Source of the DNA: an uncultured Desulfosarcina sp.
GTDB taxonomy: Bacteria; Desulfobacterota; Desulfobacteria; Desulfobacterales; Desulfosarcinaceae
Reading direction: 5' to 3'
Length of the DNA: 64,000 nucleotides
Assembly: GCA_963674945.2 (NCBI GenBank)
Contig: CAXXWQ010000003.1
Coordinates: 672,001 to 736,000, forward strand
Shown here: positions 10,513 to 19,516 of the stretch, piece by piece
Layout of the letters: every line of letters starts with the position of its first letter
How positions within the stretch are numbered: the stretch's first letter is position 1
Position numbers and translations under genes: made by a program
Notes under the pieces: generated by a model
Database searches by the model: none
What the model saw: only the letters and a program-made list of their open reading frames with translations
What the model was told of the DNA's origin: nothing

Positions 10513-10576
10513 CAATAGCACCCTCAGTGAGAGCATCACTGGGCCGACGCTCCCGCAAGGGAGCGTTTCTTTTTTT
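10513..10576 (+). ncRNA. Putative ~60-nt two-hairpin small RNA divergent from the NYN gene
   Basis: TTGACT at 10479-10484 followed by an AT-rich -10-like stretch (10501-10510). Hairpin CAGTGA-GAGCA-TCACTG, then a terminator. No plus-strand ORF explains the terminator. 5' end is approximate. Confidence 0.5.
10547..10576 (+). terminator. Rho-independent terminator
   Basis: ACGCTCCC-GCAA-GGGAGCGT followed by TTCTTTTTTT. Confidence 0.8.
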
Positions 10577-10579
10577 ACC

Positions 10580-10650
10580 ATTATAAAAGCAACTTGTATC
10601 TTAAATTGGTTTATCTGTCAATAAAATACAGTTCAATATTACTATGATAA
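10580..10650 (-). promoter_or_regulatory. Putative promoter region of the NYN-cas operon containing a PAM-flanked target of the mini-array spacer
   Basis: Minus-strand TTGACA (10621-10616), TATAAT (10585-10580) and TATCAT (10649-10644) boxes, exact -35/-10 pairing unclear. Plus strand TTC + AATATTACTATgAT at 10632-10648. Confidence 0.55.
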
Positions 10651-11309
10651 ATAAGGCTTCCTTAATCCCAAGCCAATACCTCCGGCCCGCATACCATCGT
10701 GTAACAGGAACGACATCAGCGCCCAATGCTACAGGCGACATATTGACCCAGTTGAACATGAATTTTGAATTGTTATCGACACCAAACCCAAGTCGCCCCT
10801 GTTCTAATGAAGTTTGGCCGGTGAGTATAAAATTGTCTAAAAACTACGGATAAAGGAATTCCGCTCTAATCAACCTGCTTAATATACGTAGTCTCGAAAA
10901 AAAATATCAACTTCACAAGTGCCCGCACGTAAATCCTAAACAACCGTCACAATAATAAAAAGGATCGATGGAACAGTGGATCTGGAAATGAAGAAAAAAG
11001 AGAGAAATTCTTATAAAAAGCTTTTCCCCAATTTGACCATCGGGGAAAAAGGCAAAATGAGTTTTTTGTGTGACTGTTTGGCCATAATCGGCCTGAAAAA
11101 GCTTTTTAGCAAATGCCCACACATCAATCAAGCCTAATATTTCGGGAGGAAAGCAGGATGTATGGAAAAAGGATTCAGGGATTCGAGAATTCGTTGATTG
11201 ACCGGTGCTGTTCGAAATTCCGACAAGAACAGCATCACTGCGCAAGGATGCCGGCGGAACATTCCGATTTCTGCACCTGGGCGCCGACATTGGAAATCAT
11301 GTGATCTCC

Positions 11310-12329
11310 TCATTGAGGACTCTTGGTGCTACTCCTACCATCGCTCAACAGAGTTAGCGGATTCTTGTGAGATGTGAGCAGAATCAGGGATTCGTAATTC
11401 ACCACGCCAGGCATATTTCCCAAATCGCGGGTCATAAAATCGGTCATCTGATCTGAATTCTGAAAGGATGTCATGAACGCACAATTGAATGCCCCGACAG
11501 TAAGGGCCGCATACTTGACAGGCGAAAGAGACTGCAACGCTTCGGTCACGTTTTTCAGGATGGACGGATGGAATTGGACCAGCGTATATCCCCGAATGGC
11601 ATCCTCAGCGCTTGCCGGATCGGGGGTGGTGATCACGCGGATAACCCTCTGGGAGGTAATTCTGCGCAGACAGGAACGCACAGTCGGAATACTGGCACCA
11701 ATGTTGCCGGCAAGATCTTTTACGGGTATTCTGGGCGATTTTTCCAGTTCCCTGATTACGGCGAGATCCAGCTCACCGAGCTTGATGCGGAATCGCGAAG
11801 TGACAGCGGCACCATCGGAGGGAATCTGATCCATACTGCTCTTGATTATTTTCACCGACAACATCGTCTCTATCTTGACGTCTGCCGGGAGATTACCGAA
11901 ATCCTCCGCAAAAGCACCCAAATACTCATTGAGATTCTGATACATCGCCATCGCCAGAATATCATAGCGTCCTGCCGTCGCCCAAACGAACTTAACACTG
12001 TTGATGGCGGCAAGTTGCCTTGCCAGAGAATGCACCGCCCAGGGAAAGGTGTTGACCGCCAGAATAATTCGCGTCTCGTATCCCAATGCCGCATAATACG
12101 GTTTCACGGTAATTGAGATGACGTCTCGTTCGATGAGCCTGTTAAATCGCCTGTTAACCGTCGATGGGGATGTGCCCAGTCTGGAAGCGAGTGTCGCATA
12201 GCTGGCACGAGCGTCCTTTTCCAACTCTCGAATGAGCATCAGATCCAATTCATCAAGGTTCGGAAGGTTGTTTTGCATGCTTTTCATAAATTTACATCGT
12301 GTGAATCTATTTTGCGCTGCTTGTACCAT
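11310..12329 (-). CDS. Lrp/AsnC-family regulator with two tandem HTH-AsnC units
   Basis: LDELDLMLIRELEKDARASY and LGELDLAVIRELEKSPRIP repeats, TAGRYD. True start may be slightly downstream. Confidence 0.85.
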   Translation of the reverse strand: MVQAAQNRFTRCKFMKSMQNNLPNLDELDLMLIRELEKDARASYATLASRLGTSPSTVNRRFNRLIERDVISITVKPYYAALGYETRIILAVNTFPWAVHSLARQLAAINSVKFVWATAGRYDILAMAMYQNLNEYLGAFAEDFGNLPADVKIETMLSVKIIKSSMDQIPSDGAAVTSRFRIKLGELDLAVIRELEKSPRIPVKDLAGNIGASIPTVRSCLRRITSQRVIRVITTPDPASAEDAIRGYTLVQFHPSILKNVTEALQSLSPVKYAALTVGAFNCAFMTSFQNSDQMTDFMTRDLGNMPGVVNYESLILLTSHKNPLTLLSDGRSSTKSPQ

Positions 12330-12747
12330 ATGTCCCGCCGGCTGCGCAACTCAGTTACATTCGACTCGAGCAAACCACTTCCCTCACCATTGAAAAATCA
12401 ATGAATGATTTTTGATGAGACCGCGTTTTCGCATATCCTGCGCGAACAAACATGTTTGTTACCATACCATTTTCACGAAATGCTAACGATACCAGATGTA
12501 ATATGGCATTTCGGAAAAATCATAGCCGACATCGCGACCGATTTTATCTTTTTATCGATTTTTTTTCTTTATTAATCATATTTATTTTGTATTTACGGTT
12601 GATAATGAAATTTTAACATGGTATATTTTTTTACGAATCATGAATAGAGGATGGAATGTCACATGCATTGCCGCAAAGGACGGTTCATCACCCTGGCACC
12701 GCCTCGGTAAATGCTTTGTACCGGCTGCTATTGCCCAGAAAGGAGAT

Positions 12748-13602
12748 ATGATGCGTTTTCATCGATACGTCAGATATTTTTTCGTTTTCTTGTCGATTTG
12801 CCTGTTTTTATTTTCCTGTGACAGTGGAGGCGGAAAGGTAGGCTATTTAGAGTACGAAAACCATATTGCCTTGGAAGGTGAGGACAATATGAGAGACTTG
12901 GGAGGTTACTTTGGTGAATCAGGCCGAAGAGTGTTATACCGCAAATTGTTCCGTTCCGGCGAACTCTTTGAATTAACACCAGCGGATTTGGAAGAACTGG
13001 CCACGCTTGATTTGTTTAATGTAATCGATCTGCGCACGGATGAAGAGTTCGATGATGAACCAGATCAATTACCAGAAGGTCCCGTTCTTCACCACTTGCC
13101 GTTATTGGAAAACTTGGATTATGGGGATATTAAACGAGAGGAATTATCCTCGAAAATCTTCGCCGGGGAACTGGATGCTGAAGAGTACATGATTGCAATT
13201 TATTCAACCATCGATGAACTGAGAATTCAAAGCTGGACAGCAATTTTTGACCTGCTGGAAACCGGAGATACAACACTCTGGCATTGCACGGAAGGGAAAG
13301 ATCGTGCAGGCATGACAACTGCTTTGGTGCTGCTTTCCCTGGGTGTCGATGAAACTGATGTGATCGAAGATTTCATGCTGTCGAATGAGTATCTGTCTGA
13401 ATCTATCGAATCTACTGTCGCGCTCATCGATCAGCATAGAGGAGAAGGAATGGGCGAACTGCTACGACCACTGTTGAGTGTTAAAGAAGAATACATTATT
13501 GCATTTTTCGATGCCATCGAGGATCAATACGGCAGTATCGACGCGTTTTTAGCTGAGCTGGATGTAGACATCGATGCCATGCGTATAAACTTTCTCGAAT
13601 AA
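12748..13602 (+). CDS. Lipoprotein tyrosine/dual-specificity phosphatase (PtpB/Y_phosphatase3-like)
   Basis: NMRDLGG, LFRSG, IDLRT and P-loop HCTEGKDRAG. Lipobox LFSC. RBS AGGAG before ATG 12748/12751. Confidence 0.85.
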   Translation: MMRFHRYVRYFFVFLSICLFLFSCDSGGGKVGYLEYENHIALEGEDNMRDLGGYFGESGRRVLYRKLFRSGELFELTPADLEELATLDLFNVIDLRTDEEFDDEPDQLPEGPVLHHLPLLENLDYGDIKREELSSKIFAGELDAEEYMIAIYSTIDELRIQSWTAIFDLLETGDTTLWHCTEGKDRAGMTTALVLLSLGVDETDVIEDFMLSNEYLSESIESTVALIDQHRGEGMGELLRPLLSVKEEYIIAFFDAIEDQYGSIDAFLAELDVDIDAMRINFLE

Positions 13603-13909
13603 TTATAACAACATATATCTTCCGAATGTGCTAAGGAAAGTGTTATTTCATCATTTCTTCGGTCCTGATTCGGTTGATAAAAAATGCCTTGACGAACTAT
13701 TTCCATCACAATGGAAGCTACGGGTGTGAAAAGGGGAAAACAGCGAAATCGCCGTTTTCCCCTTTTCGTAAACAACGCGACAAAAATCGGTTGACCTCTA
13801 CCCGATGCGATTTCACATGTCTTTGGTCAAAAAAAGATGTTTGCTCTAACAAGCTGAATCATATAAGAAAATAGTACTTTGGAGATAAAAGGTGCCGAAG
13901 GAAGGATTC

Positions 13910-13926
13910 TTGGCGCTCTTTTTGCT
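13910..13926 (+). promoter_or_regulatory. Putative sigma54 promoter upstream of mltF
   Basis: TTGGCGCTCTTTTTGCT matches GG-N10-GC. Confidence 0.5.
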
Positions 13927-14010
13927 AATTATTTGGCGCGACCGGAGATGCATATCGCTCTCTTTTGTTTTGCGTTGAACGGTTCACGGTGTTATCGTTT
14001 ACACGTTGAT

Positions 14011-15405
14011 ATGAATGAAACTACGATAAAAACAGCATGCTTCGCAAGCATCATTTTCGCAGCCCTTTTTATCCTTGCGTGCGACAAACCCCTTGTTCGC
14101 AATGATCTGGAAGCGATCAAGGCTCGCGGAGAGCTGGTTTTGATCACCCGGAACAATTTTGCCTGTTATTATGAGGCATCCCATGGCCATGCCGGTTTTG
14201 AATATGAACTGGCCAGGGCATTTGCCGATCATCTGGGCGTCAGGCTGCGCCCCCTCATTATTGAAGATGAAGCGGACATGGTGGAGGCGCTGCTCCAGGG
14301 AAAAGCCGATATTATCGCGGCGGGTTTTCCCTTCGGATCCCCGTCAACGCGTTTGTTGGCGTTCGGCCCCGGCTATCTGCCGGTTAGAGAACAGGTGGTC
14401 GGTCGCAGGGGTGGCCCGGAAGTCACGTCAGAGAAAGATCTGTCTCAGATGCCGATATGGCTGTCCGGCAACAGCGGCAGCCTGGAACAGCTCAGAAAAT
14501 TGAAAACCAACCATCCTGCCCTCACCTGGCACACACTGGCTGAATACAGTAGCGAAGAGATGCTGCACATGGTCTGGACCAACGCCATACCATTTACGAT
14601 TGTCGAATCAACGGCATTTATCATGAACCGGCGCTTCTATCCGGAATTGGTTGTTCAAATGGATTTGGGAGATTCCCGGCAATTGCGGTGGGCGATGAAC
14701 CCCCAAAGCAGGCAACTGCATCGTGAGGTCGCCAAATGGTTTGCCAACAGATCGGCCCAAGACGTTGTGGCCAACCTTTCGAGCCATTACTACAGCCACC
14801 TGGAAGACTTTGACTACGTGGATATCGCCCGCTATCGACGGCGCATATTCAACCGCCTGCCCAAGTACAAGGAACACTTTCAGGAAGCCGCCAGACAATT
14901 CGGCCTCGACTGGCAGCTGGTAGCCGCGCAGGCCTATCAGGAATCCCATTGGAATCCGAGAGCAAAAAGCTTCACCGGCGTAAGGGGCATCATGATGCTC
15001 ACCCAGGAGACGGCGAAACTTGTGGGCTTAAAAAATCGTCTGGCGGAAAAGGAAGGTATCTATGCCGGCACGAAATATCTGGCCCGGCTGCATGGCATGC
15101 TGAATCAAACGATTCCGGAACCCGATCGCACGTTGATGGCGCTGGCTGCCTACAATCTCGGTCCCGGACATCTCCAGGATGCACGTGAGTTGGCCCGCCG
15201 CCTGGGCAAATCCCCCAATGCCTGGGGCAGTGTCCGGGAAGTACTTCCCCTGCTCCAGCAAAAAAAGTACTACAAAACCGTAAAGCACGGATACGCCCGC
15301 GGCAAAGAGGCCGTGCAATATGTCGATCGCATCCGCACCTACCATAAAGTCCTGCACATGGCTTTTTCCCCCACAAGCTTCGTAAGGCTCGGGGCCAACT
15401 CATGA
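14011..15405 (+). CDS. mltF: Membrane-bound lytic murein transglycosylase F
   Basis: SBP domain (GFEYELARAFA) plus SLT domain (YQESHW, GVRGIMML, LAAYNLG, GYARGKEAVQYV). Start chosen downstream of the sigma54 motif. Confidence 0.9.
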   Translation: MNETTIKTACFASIIFAALFILACDKPLVRNDLEAIKARGELVLITRNNFACYYEASHGHAGFEYELARAFADHLGVRLRPLIIEDEADMVEALLQGKADIIAAGFPFGSPSTRLLAFGPGYLPVREQVVGRRGGPEVTSEKDLSQMPIWLSGNSGSLEQLRKLKTNHPALTWHTLAEYSSEEMLHMVWTNAIPFTIVESTAFIMNRRFYPELVVQMDLGDSRQLRWAMNPQSRQLHREVAKWFANRSAQDVVANLSSHYYSHLEDFDYVDIARYRRRIFNRLPKYKEHFQEAARQFGLDWQLVAAQAYQESHWNPRAKSFTGVRGIMMLTQETAKLVGLKNRLAEKEGIYAGTKYLARLHGMLNQTIPEPDRTLMALAAYNLGPGHLQDARELARRLGKSPNAWGSVREVLPLLQQKKYYKTVKHGYARGKEAVQYVDRIRTYHKVLHMAFSPTSFVRLGANS

Positions 15406-15426
15406 TACACTGTCTTTGGTAGAACC

Positions 15427-15579
15427 TATCTAGTGTCTATCCAGAAATAGGCAAATTTGGTCGAGATCAAGGCGCACGAAAAATTTTACCGCAGGCATAT
15501 GGTTGATATTCCGAGGATAAGATTTTTCGTGCAACGCGGGTATCGGGCAAATTGGCCATTTCTGGATGGGTACTATCTA
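15427..15579. mobile_element. MITE-like ~141-bp palindromic element with target duplication
   Basis: Imperfect TIRs GTGTCTATCCAGAAATAGGCAAATTTG / CAAATTGGCCATTTCTGGATGGGTAC. TATCTA direct repeats at 15427-15432 and 15574-15579. Confidence 0.65.
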
Positions 15580-15611
15580 AAAATTCAAAGGGGGAAATCT
15601 ATATCATCGTA

Positions 15612-16574
15612 TTAATGGTTCTGCAGGTAGATCTTCGCATCCCGCGCGGAGATCGGCATTGATATTGATTTGGGATAGAAAATGATTTCACTGCTCCGAA
15701 TGCTGTGAATCGTTTCCAGTTCGTTGATGAGAAAGTCCGACATCTCTTCCGCGTCTTTGAATGTGGCGAATACCAGCAGATCGTATCTGCCTGAAATGGC
15801 CATAGCGGTGTTGACCAGCTTATAAGCCGCTATCCTCTCGGATACTGTCAGGATGGTTCCGGGTTCAACTTTCAGAAATATTCCTATGCTTAACTGATTT
15901 CCAATCATGGCATGAGAAACAACGCAGTGAATTCTGACGACATCTTCATCAAGCAACCTCTGCAATCTGATAGTGGCAGTTTGTCTGGTAATGCCGAGTT
16001 TGGTGGCAAGATGGGATATTGCTATTCTGGGGTTATTCTCAAGATAGGTAAGTAAATTCCAGTCATGCTCATCAAGCTGTCGATACACTTTTGATGAGAT
16101 TGGTTTATACTCGGCGTCTCCAAGGAGGTTGAAGGAATATTTCATCACTTTCATGTTCGGGAAAACTTCAATGTTTGTGATGCGGGAGATCTTTCCCAAA
16201 TCGATGGAGACCAATTTAAAAAGCATTTCCGGATCGTTGTAGGCAGTCCACGCCAGAATATCAAATCGCCCCGAAGTTATCGACACAAACATCAATTCAT
16301 AATTGGCCAGTTCGTAAGCCACGGATTTGGCATATCCCTTAGATACATTCAGGCCGAGCATTGCCGATTGGAAACCGACCGAGGCAAGGTTGAGAGCACT
16401 ATAAAAGGAGATGGTGCCTTCATCCAGCAACCGGTTCATTCTCCTTTTGACGGTGGATTGATCGATTCCCAATCTGTCAGCCAGATAGGCATATTTTTCT
16501 CTGGGACTGTTCTCCAACTCCGAAATTAATTTTAAATCCGTGGCGTCCAGATCGCCCTTTTTTTTTCGTGACAT
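15612..16574 (-). CDS. Lrp/AsnC-family regulator with two tandem HTH-AsnC units
   Basis: LDATDLKLISELENSPR and LDEHDWNLLTYLENNPR repeats, SGRFD/SGRYD. Divergent from the GRE operon. Confidence 0.85.
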   Translation of the reverse strand: MSRKKKGDLDATDLKLISELENSPREKYAYLADRLGIDQSTVKRRMNRLLDEGTISFYSALNLASVGFQSAMLGLNVSKGYAKSVAYELANYELMFVSITSGRFDILAWTAYNDPEMLFKLVSIDLGKISRITNIEVFPNMKVMKYSFNLLGDAEYKPISSKVYRQLDEHDWNLLTYLENNPRIAISHLATKLGITRQTATIRLQRLLDEDVVRIHCVVSHAMIGNQLSIGIFLKVEPGTILTVSERIAAYKLVNTAMAISGRYDLLVFATFKDAEEMSDFLINELETIHSIRSSEIIFYPKSISMPISARDAKIYLQNH

Positions 16575-17024
16575 GTTTCTCCATACCCCAGAATTTCGTT
16601 AAGGGCAACAATGACGGATTCGCAAAAAGCGTTTCCAGGCCAAGTATGGCCGGGCAACTTCGTGTCAAGGAACTCATCTTACCAATTATTGCCGATTCCC
16701 TGAAAGGGGAAAAGCGTTTTTATTTCAAAGTCTTTTATTGCACGGTTCTTTCCTAGTCAAAAATCGGAATTTCGCTCTTAATGACATAAATAATTTAAAT
16801 CACAGAAAATGCAATAATCGGACTGTTTCAAAGTACGCCATATTTAACACATCAAGCATTTTAAATAAAAAATTAGCTTGATAAAGCAAATTATGACATT
16901 TAATTTTTTACATTAAAATATATAATAACCAAAAAAATGCCTTGACAAAAATATTCTACGGGCCGATTATAAGGACAACAATGTTCATAATTTTCCTTTA
17001 CATCTTCTTTGCGGAGGTTTCATT

Positions 17025-19499
17025 ATGGCTACGGAACTCAAAGTAATAAGGCAGACACCGAGCCCGCGCATGCCCCAACCGACAGCGAAAAAAGGGGGCC
17101 CGAGCACGCCACGGATGCAACGGCTGAAGCAGGCCTTCAGGGAAGCGAAACCCACGATTTGCGCTGAGCGTACTGCGCTGGTTACCGCGTCTTACAAAGA
17201 GACCGAGGCATTGCCGCCGATACTGCGACAGGCCATGGCCTTTGAAAAGGTGATGGACGAGATGCCGATCTGGATACAGGATGACGAACTCATCGTATCC
17301 AACCTGGCCTCCAAACCGGGAGGCGCCTTCCTTTTTCCGGAGTACGATGATGCGTGGATCATGCCGGAACTGGACACCATCTCGACACGGAGAGTTGATC
17401 CTTGGAAACTGCAAGAGGATGACAAAGAGATCATCAGAAGTTGTCGGGAGTACTGGAGCGGCGGCGGCGGACGAACCCTGTCAGCCAAGGCCGAAGCCCT
17501 GGTCACGGACGAGGTGCGCAAAGCCATAGAGATTCGCACCCTGTTTAATGGCCCCCTGGGGAAGATGTGTGGTGTCGGCCACATAGCGCCGGATATCGAC
17601 GGCGTCATCAAGCGGGGGCTCAATGCCTTCATTGCCGAGGCCGAAGCCCATATCGCCCGATTGGATCTTACGAAGCCGGAAGATATCGCCAAGCTGCCGT
17701 TTTTAAAAGCCGTCATCATCGTGGACAAAGCCGTGATTCGATGGGCCGGCAGATTCGCGGCACTTGCCAGAGAGAAAGCCGCGGTCGAGAAAGATGAAAC
17801 CCGAAAAAAGGAATGGGAAGAAATCGCCGCCGTATGCGAACGGGTTCCGGCCAACCCGTCGCGGAATTTTCGCGAGGCGGTGCAGGTCGCCTCATTCATC
17901 ATGGCAGCGGTACAGATTGAGCAGCCCGGTGTCTCAATCAGCACCGGCAGGCTGGATCAGTACTTCTTCCCGTATTACGAGAAGGATATCGAAGCCGGGA
18001 CGATCACGAAAGACCAGGCGCTGGAGATGCTGGAATGTCTCTGGATCAAACTGTCGGAGTCCAAGCGTGTGAGTCCGGAAATGGGCACGTTCGCCCTGAA
18101 CGGGTATCCCATCTGGATGGCCGTGACCGTGGGCGGTCAAACGGCGGACGGCTACGATGCCACCAACGATGTCTCCTATCTGTTCCTTAAGGCCTCCAGC
18201 AATCTGCAGTTACACGAACCCATGCTGATATCACGGATACACAAGCGCACTCCGGACAGGTTTTTAATGGCCTCCTGCGAGTCAATCAAGGCCCATGGCG
18301 GGGGGCTTCCCGCTTTGTTTAACGACGACCCCATCATCGCGAGCCAACTGATCCACGTGCCGGGCATCACCAAGGAGGACGCGAACGATTACAGTATTAT
18401 CGGTTGCTCGGATGTCGTATGCGCAGGAAAGGGCACCGAGGGACTGCCCTACCAGATTATAAGCTTGCCACGGGTGCTGGAGCGCATGATGACGGGAGAG
18501 GACCCCGGCAGTGGGAAGCCGCTGACGTCGGGTGTGGGAGACATGCTCACGTGGGAAGGCTTCGATGATATGATGCGAGCATACCACGAACATGTGAAAA
18601 TATGGGCCAGGCTGTCGTTCATGCAGGTGCTTCCGCTGCTGGAATTACATGGGAAGCATTTGCCCTGTCCCCTGATGTCTTCGCTGATGCAGGACTGTAT
18701 CGGCCGCGGCAAGGCCTTCTACGACGGCGGCGCGATCTATGGGAGCCATGCTGTCGTCAGTTGCCTCGTCGGGGTCGCCACCCTGGCCAACTCCATGGCC
18801 GCGATTCGGAAGCTCGTTTTCGACGATAAGATTCTTACCATGTCCCAGCTCAAGCATGCGATTGAGACGAATTTCGACGACGAGTCAACGACGCCCAGCG
18901 GTCCGGCAATACGGGGGATGTGCCGTAAAGCACCGAAGTATGGCAACGATGATCCATATGTGGATCACATCGCCAAAGACTGTTTAAACATCATCACAAA
19001 GGAAATGTGGAAATTCGAAACCGAACCCGGTCTGGGCTACGGCGCTGTCGTTTCACCGGTAACGGCCCATATCTCCCTGGGTTTCCTCTCTGGTGCTACC
19101 CCGGATGGGCGCAAAGCGATGACACCACTTTCCGATGCAACCTCCCCTGCCCAAGGCACAGATCTGAACGGACCCACTGCCGCGATAAAATCGGCAACCA
19201 ACCTGGAGTATGTAAATTTATCCCAGGGGGCCGTTTATAACATGCGCATGCACCCGGCATCGCTGCAGAGCACGGCGGGAATGGCAAAATGGGGCAATCT
19301 TATCCGCACTTTCTTCGACCTTGGCGGTTGGCAGGCCCAATTCAACGTGGTCGACGCCGAAGTATTGAAAGAGGCACAACAGCATCCTGATGACTACAAA
19401 GATCTCGTGGTGCGCGTGGTTGGCTACAGCGCATTTTTCGTGGATCTGGACAAGATGGTGCAGGATGATCTTATCAGCAGGACGGAACACGCGGTATAG
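17025..19499 (+). CDS. Glycyl radical enzyme (PFL-like family), substrate unknown
   Basis: 824 aa. GRLDQY, PKYGNDD, GATPDGR and C-terminal glycyl loop LVVRVVGYSAFF. Cys loop IIGCSDV. Confidence 0.93.
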   Translation: MATELKVIRQTPSPRMPQPTAKKGGPSTPRMQRLKQAFREAKPTICAERTALVTASYKETEALPPILRQAMAFEKVMDEMPIWIQDDELIVSNLASKPGGAFLFPEYDDAWIMPELDTISTRRVDPWKLQEDDKEIIRSCREYWSGGGGRTLSAKAEALVTDEVRKAIEIRTLFNGPLGKMCGVGHIAPDIDGVIKRGLNAFIAEAEAHIARLDLTKPEDIAKLPFLKAVIIVDKAVIRWAGRFAALAREKAAVEKDETRKKEWEEIAAVCERVPANPSRNFREAVQVASFIMAAVQIEQPGVSISTGRLDQYFFPYYEKDIEAGTITKDQALEMLECLWIKLSESKRVSPEMGTFALNGYPIWMAVTVGGQTADGYDATNDVSYLFLKASSNLQLHEPMLISRIHKRTPDRFLMASCESIKAHGGGLPALFNDDPIIASQLIHVPGITKEDANDYSIIGCSDVVCAGKGTEGLPYQIISLPRVLERMMTGEDPGSGKPLTSGVGDMLTWEGFDDMMRAYHEHVKIWARLSFMQVLPLLELHGKHLPCPLMSSLMQDCIGRGKAFYDGGAIYGSHAVVSCLVGVATLANSMAAIRKLVFDDKILTMSQLKHAIETNFDDESTTPSGPAIRGMCRKAPKYGNDDPYVDHIAKDCLNIITKEMWKFETEPGLGYGAVVSPVTAHISLGFLSGATPDGRKAMTPLSDATSPAQGTDLNGPTAAIKSATNLEYVNLSQGAVYNMRMHPASLQSTAGMAKWGNLIRTFFDLGGWQAQFNVVDAEVLKEAQQHPDDYKDLVVRVVGYSAFFVDLDKMVQDDLISRTEHAV

Positions 19500-19516
19500 T
19501 GCGGCGGGAGTGACAG

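Noticed and set aside
1..11000. A conventional multi-spacer CRISPR array or cas2
   Set aside because: No regularly spaced repeats were seen. cas1 runs off the left edge, so cas2 and the array are probably outside the window.
10650..11300. Short ORFs between the NYN upstream region and the AsnC gene
   Set aside because: No recognisable motifs or convincing RBS, so a coding call cannot be supported.
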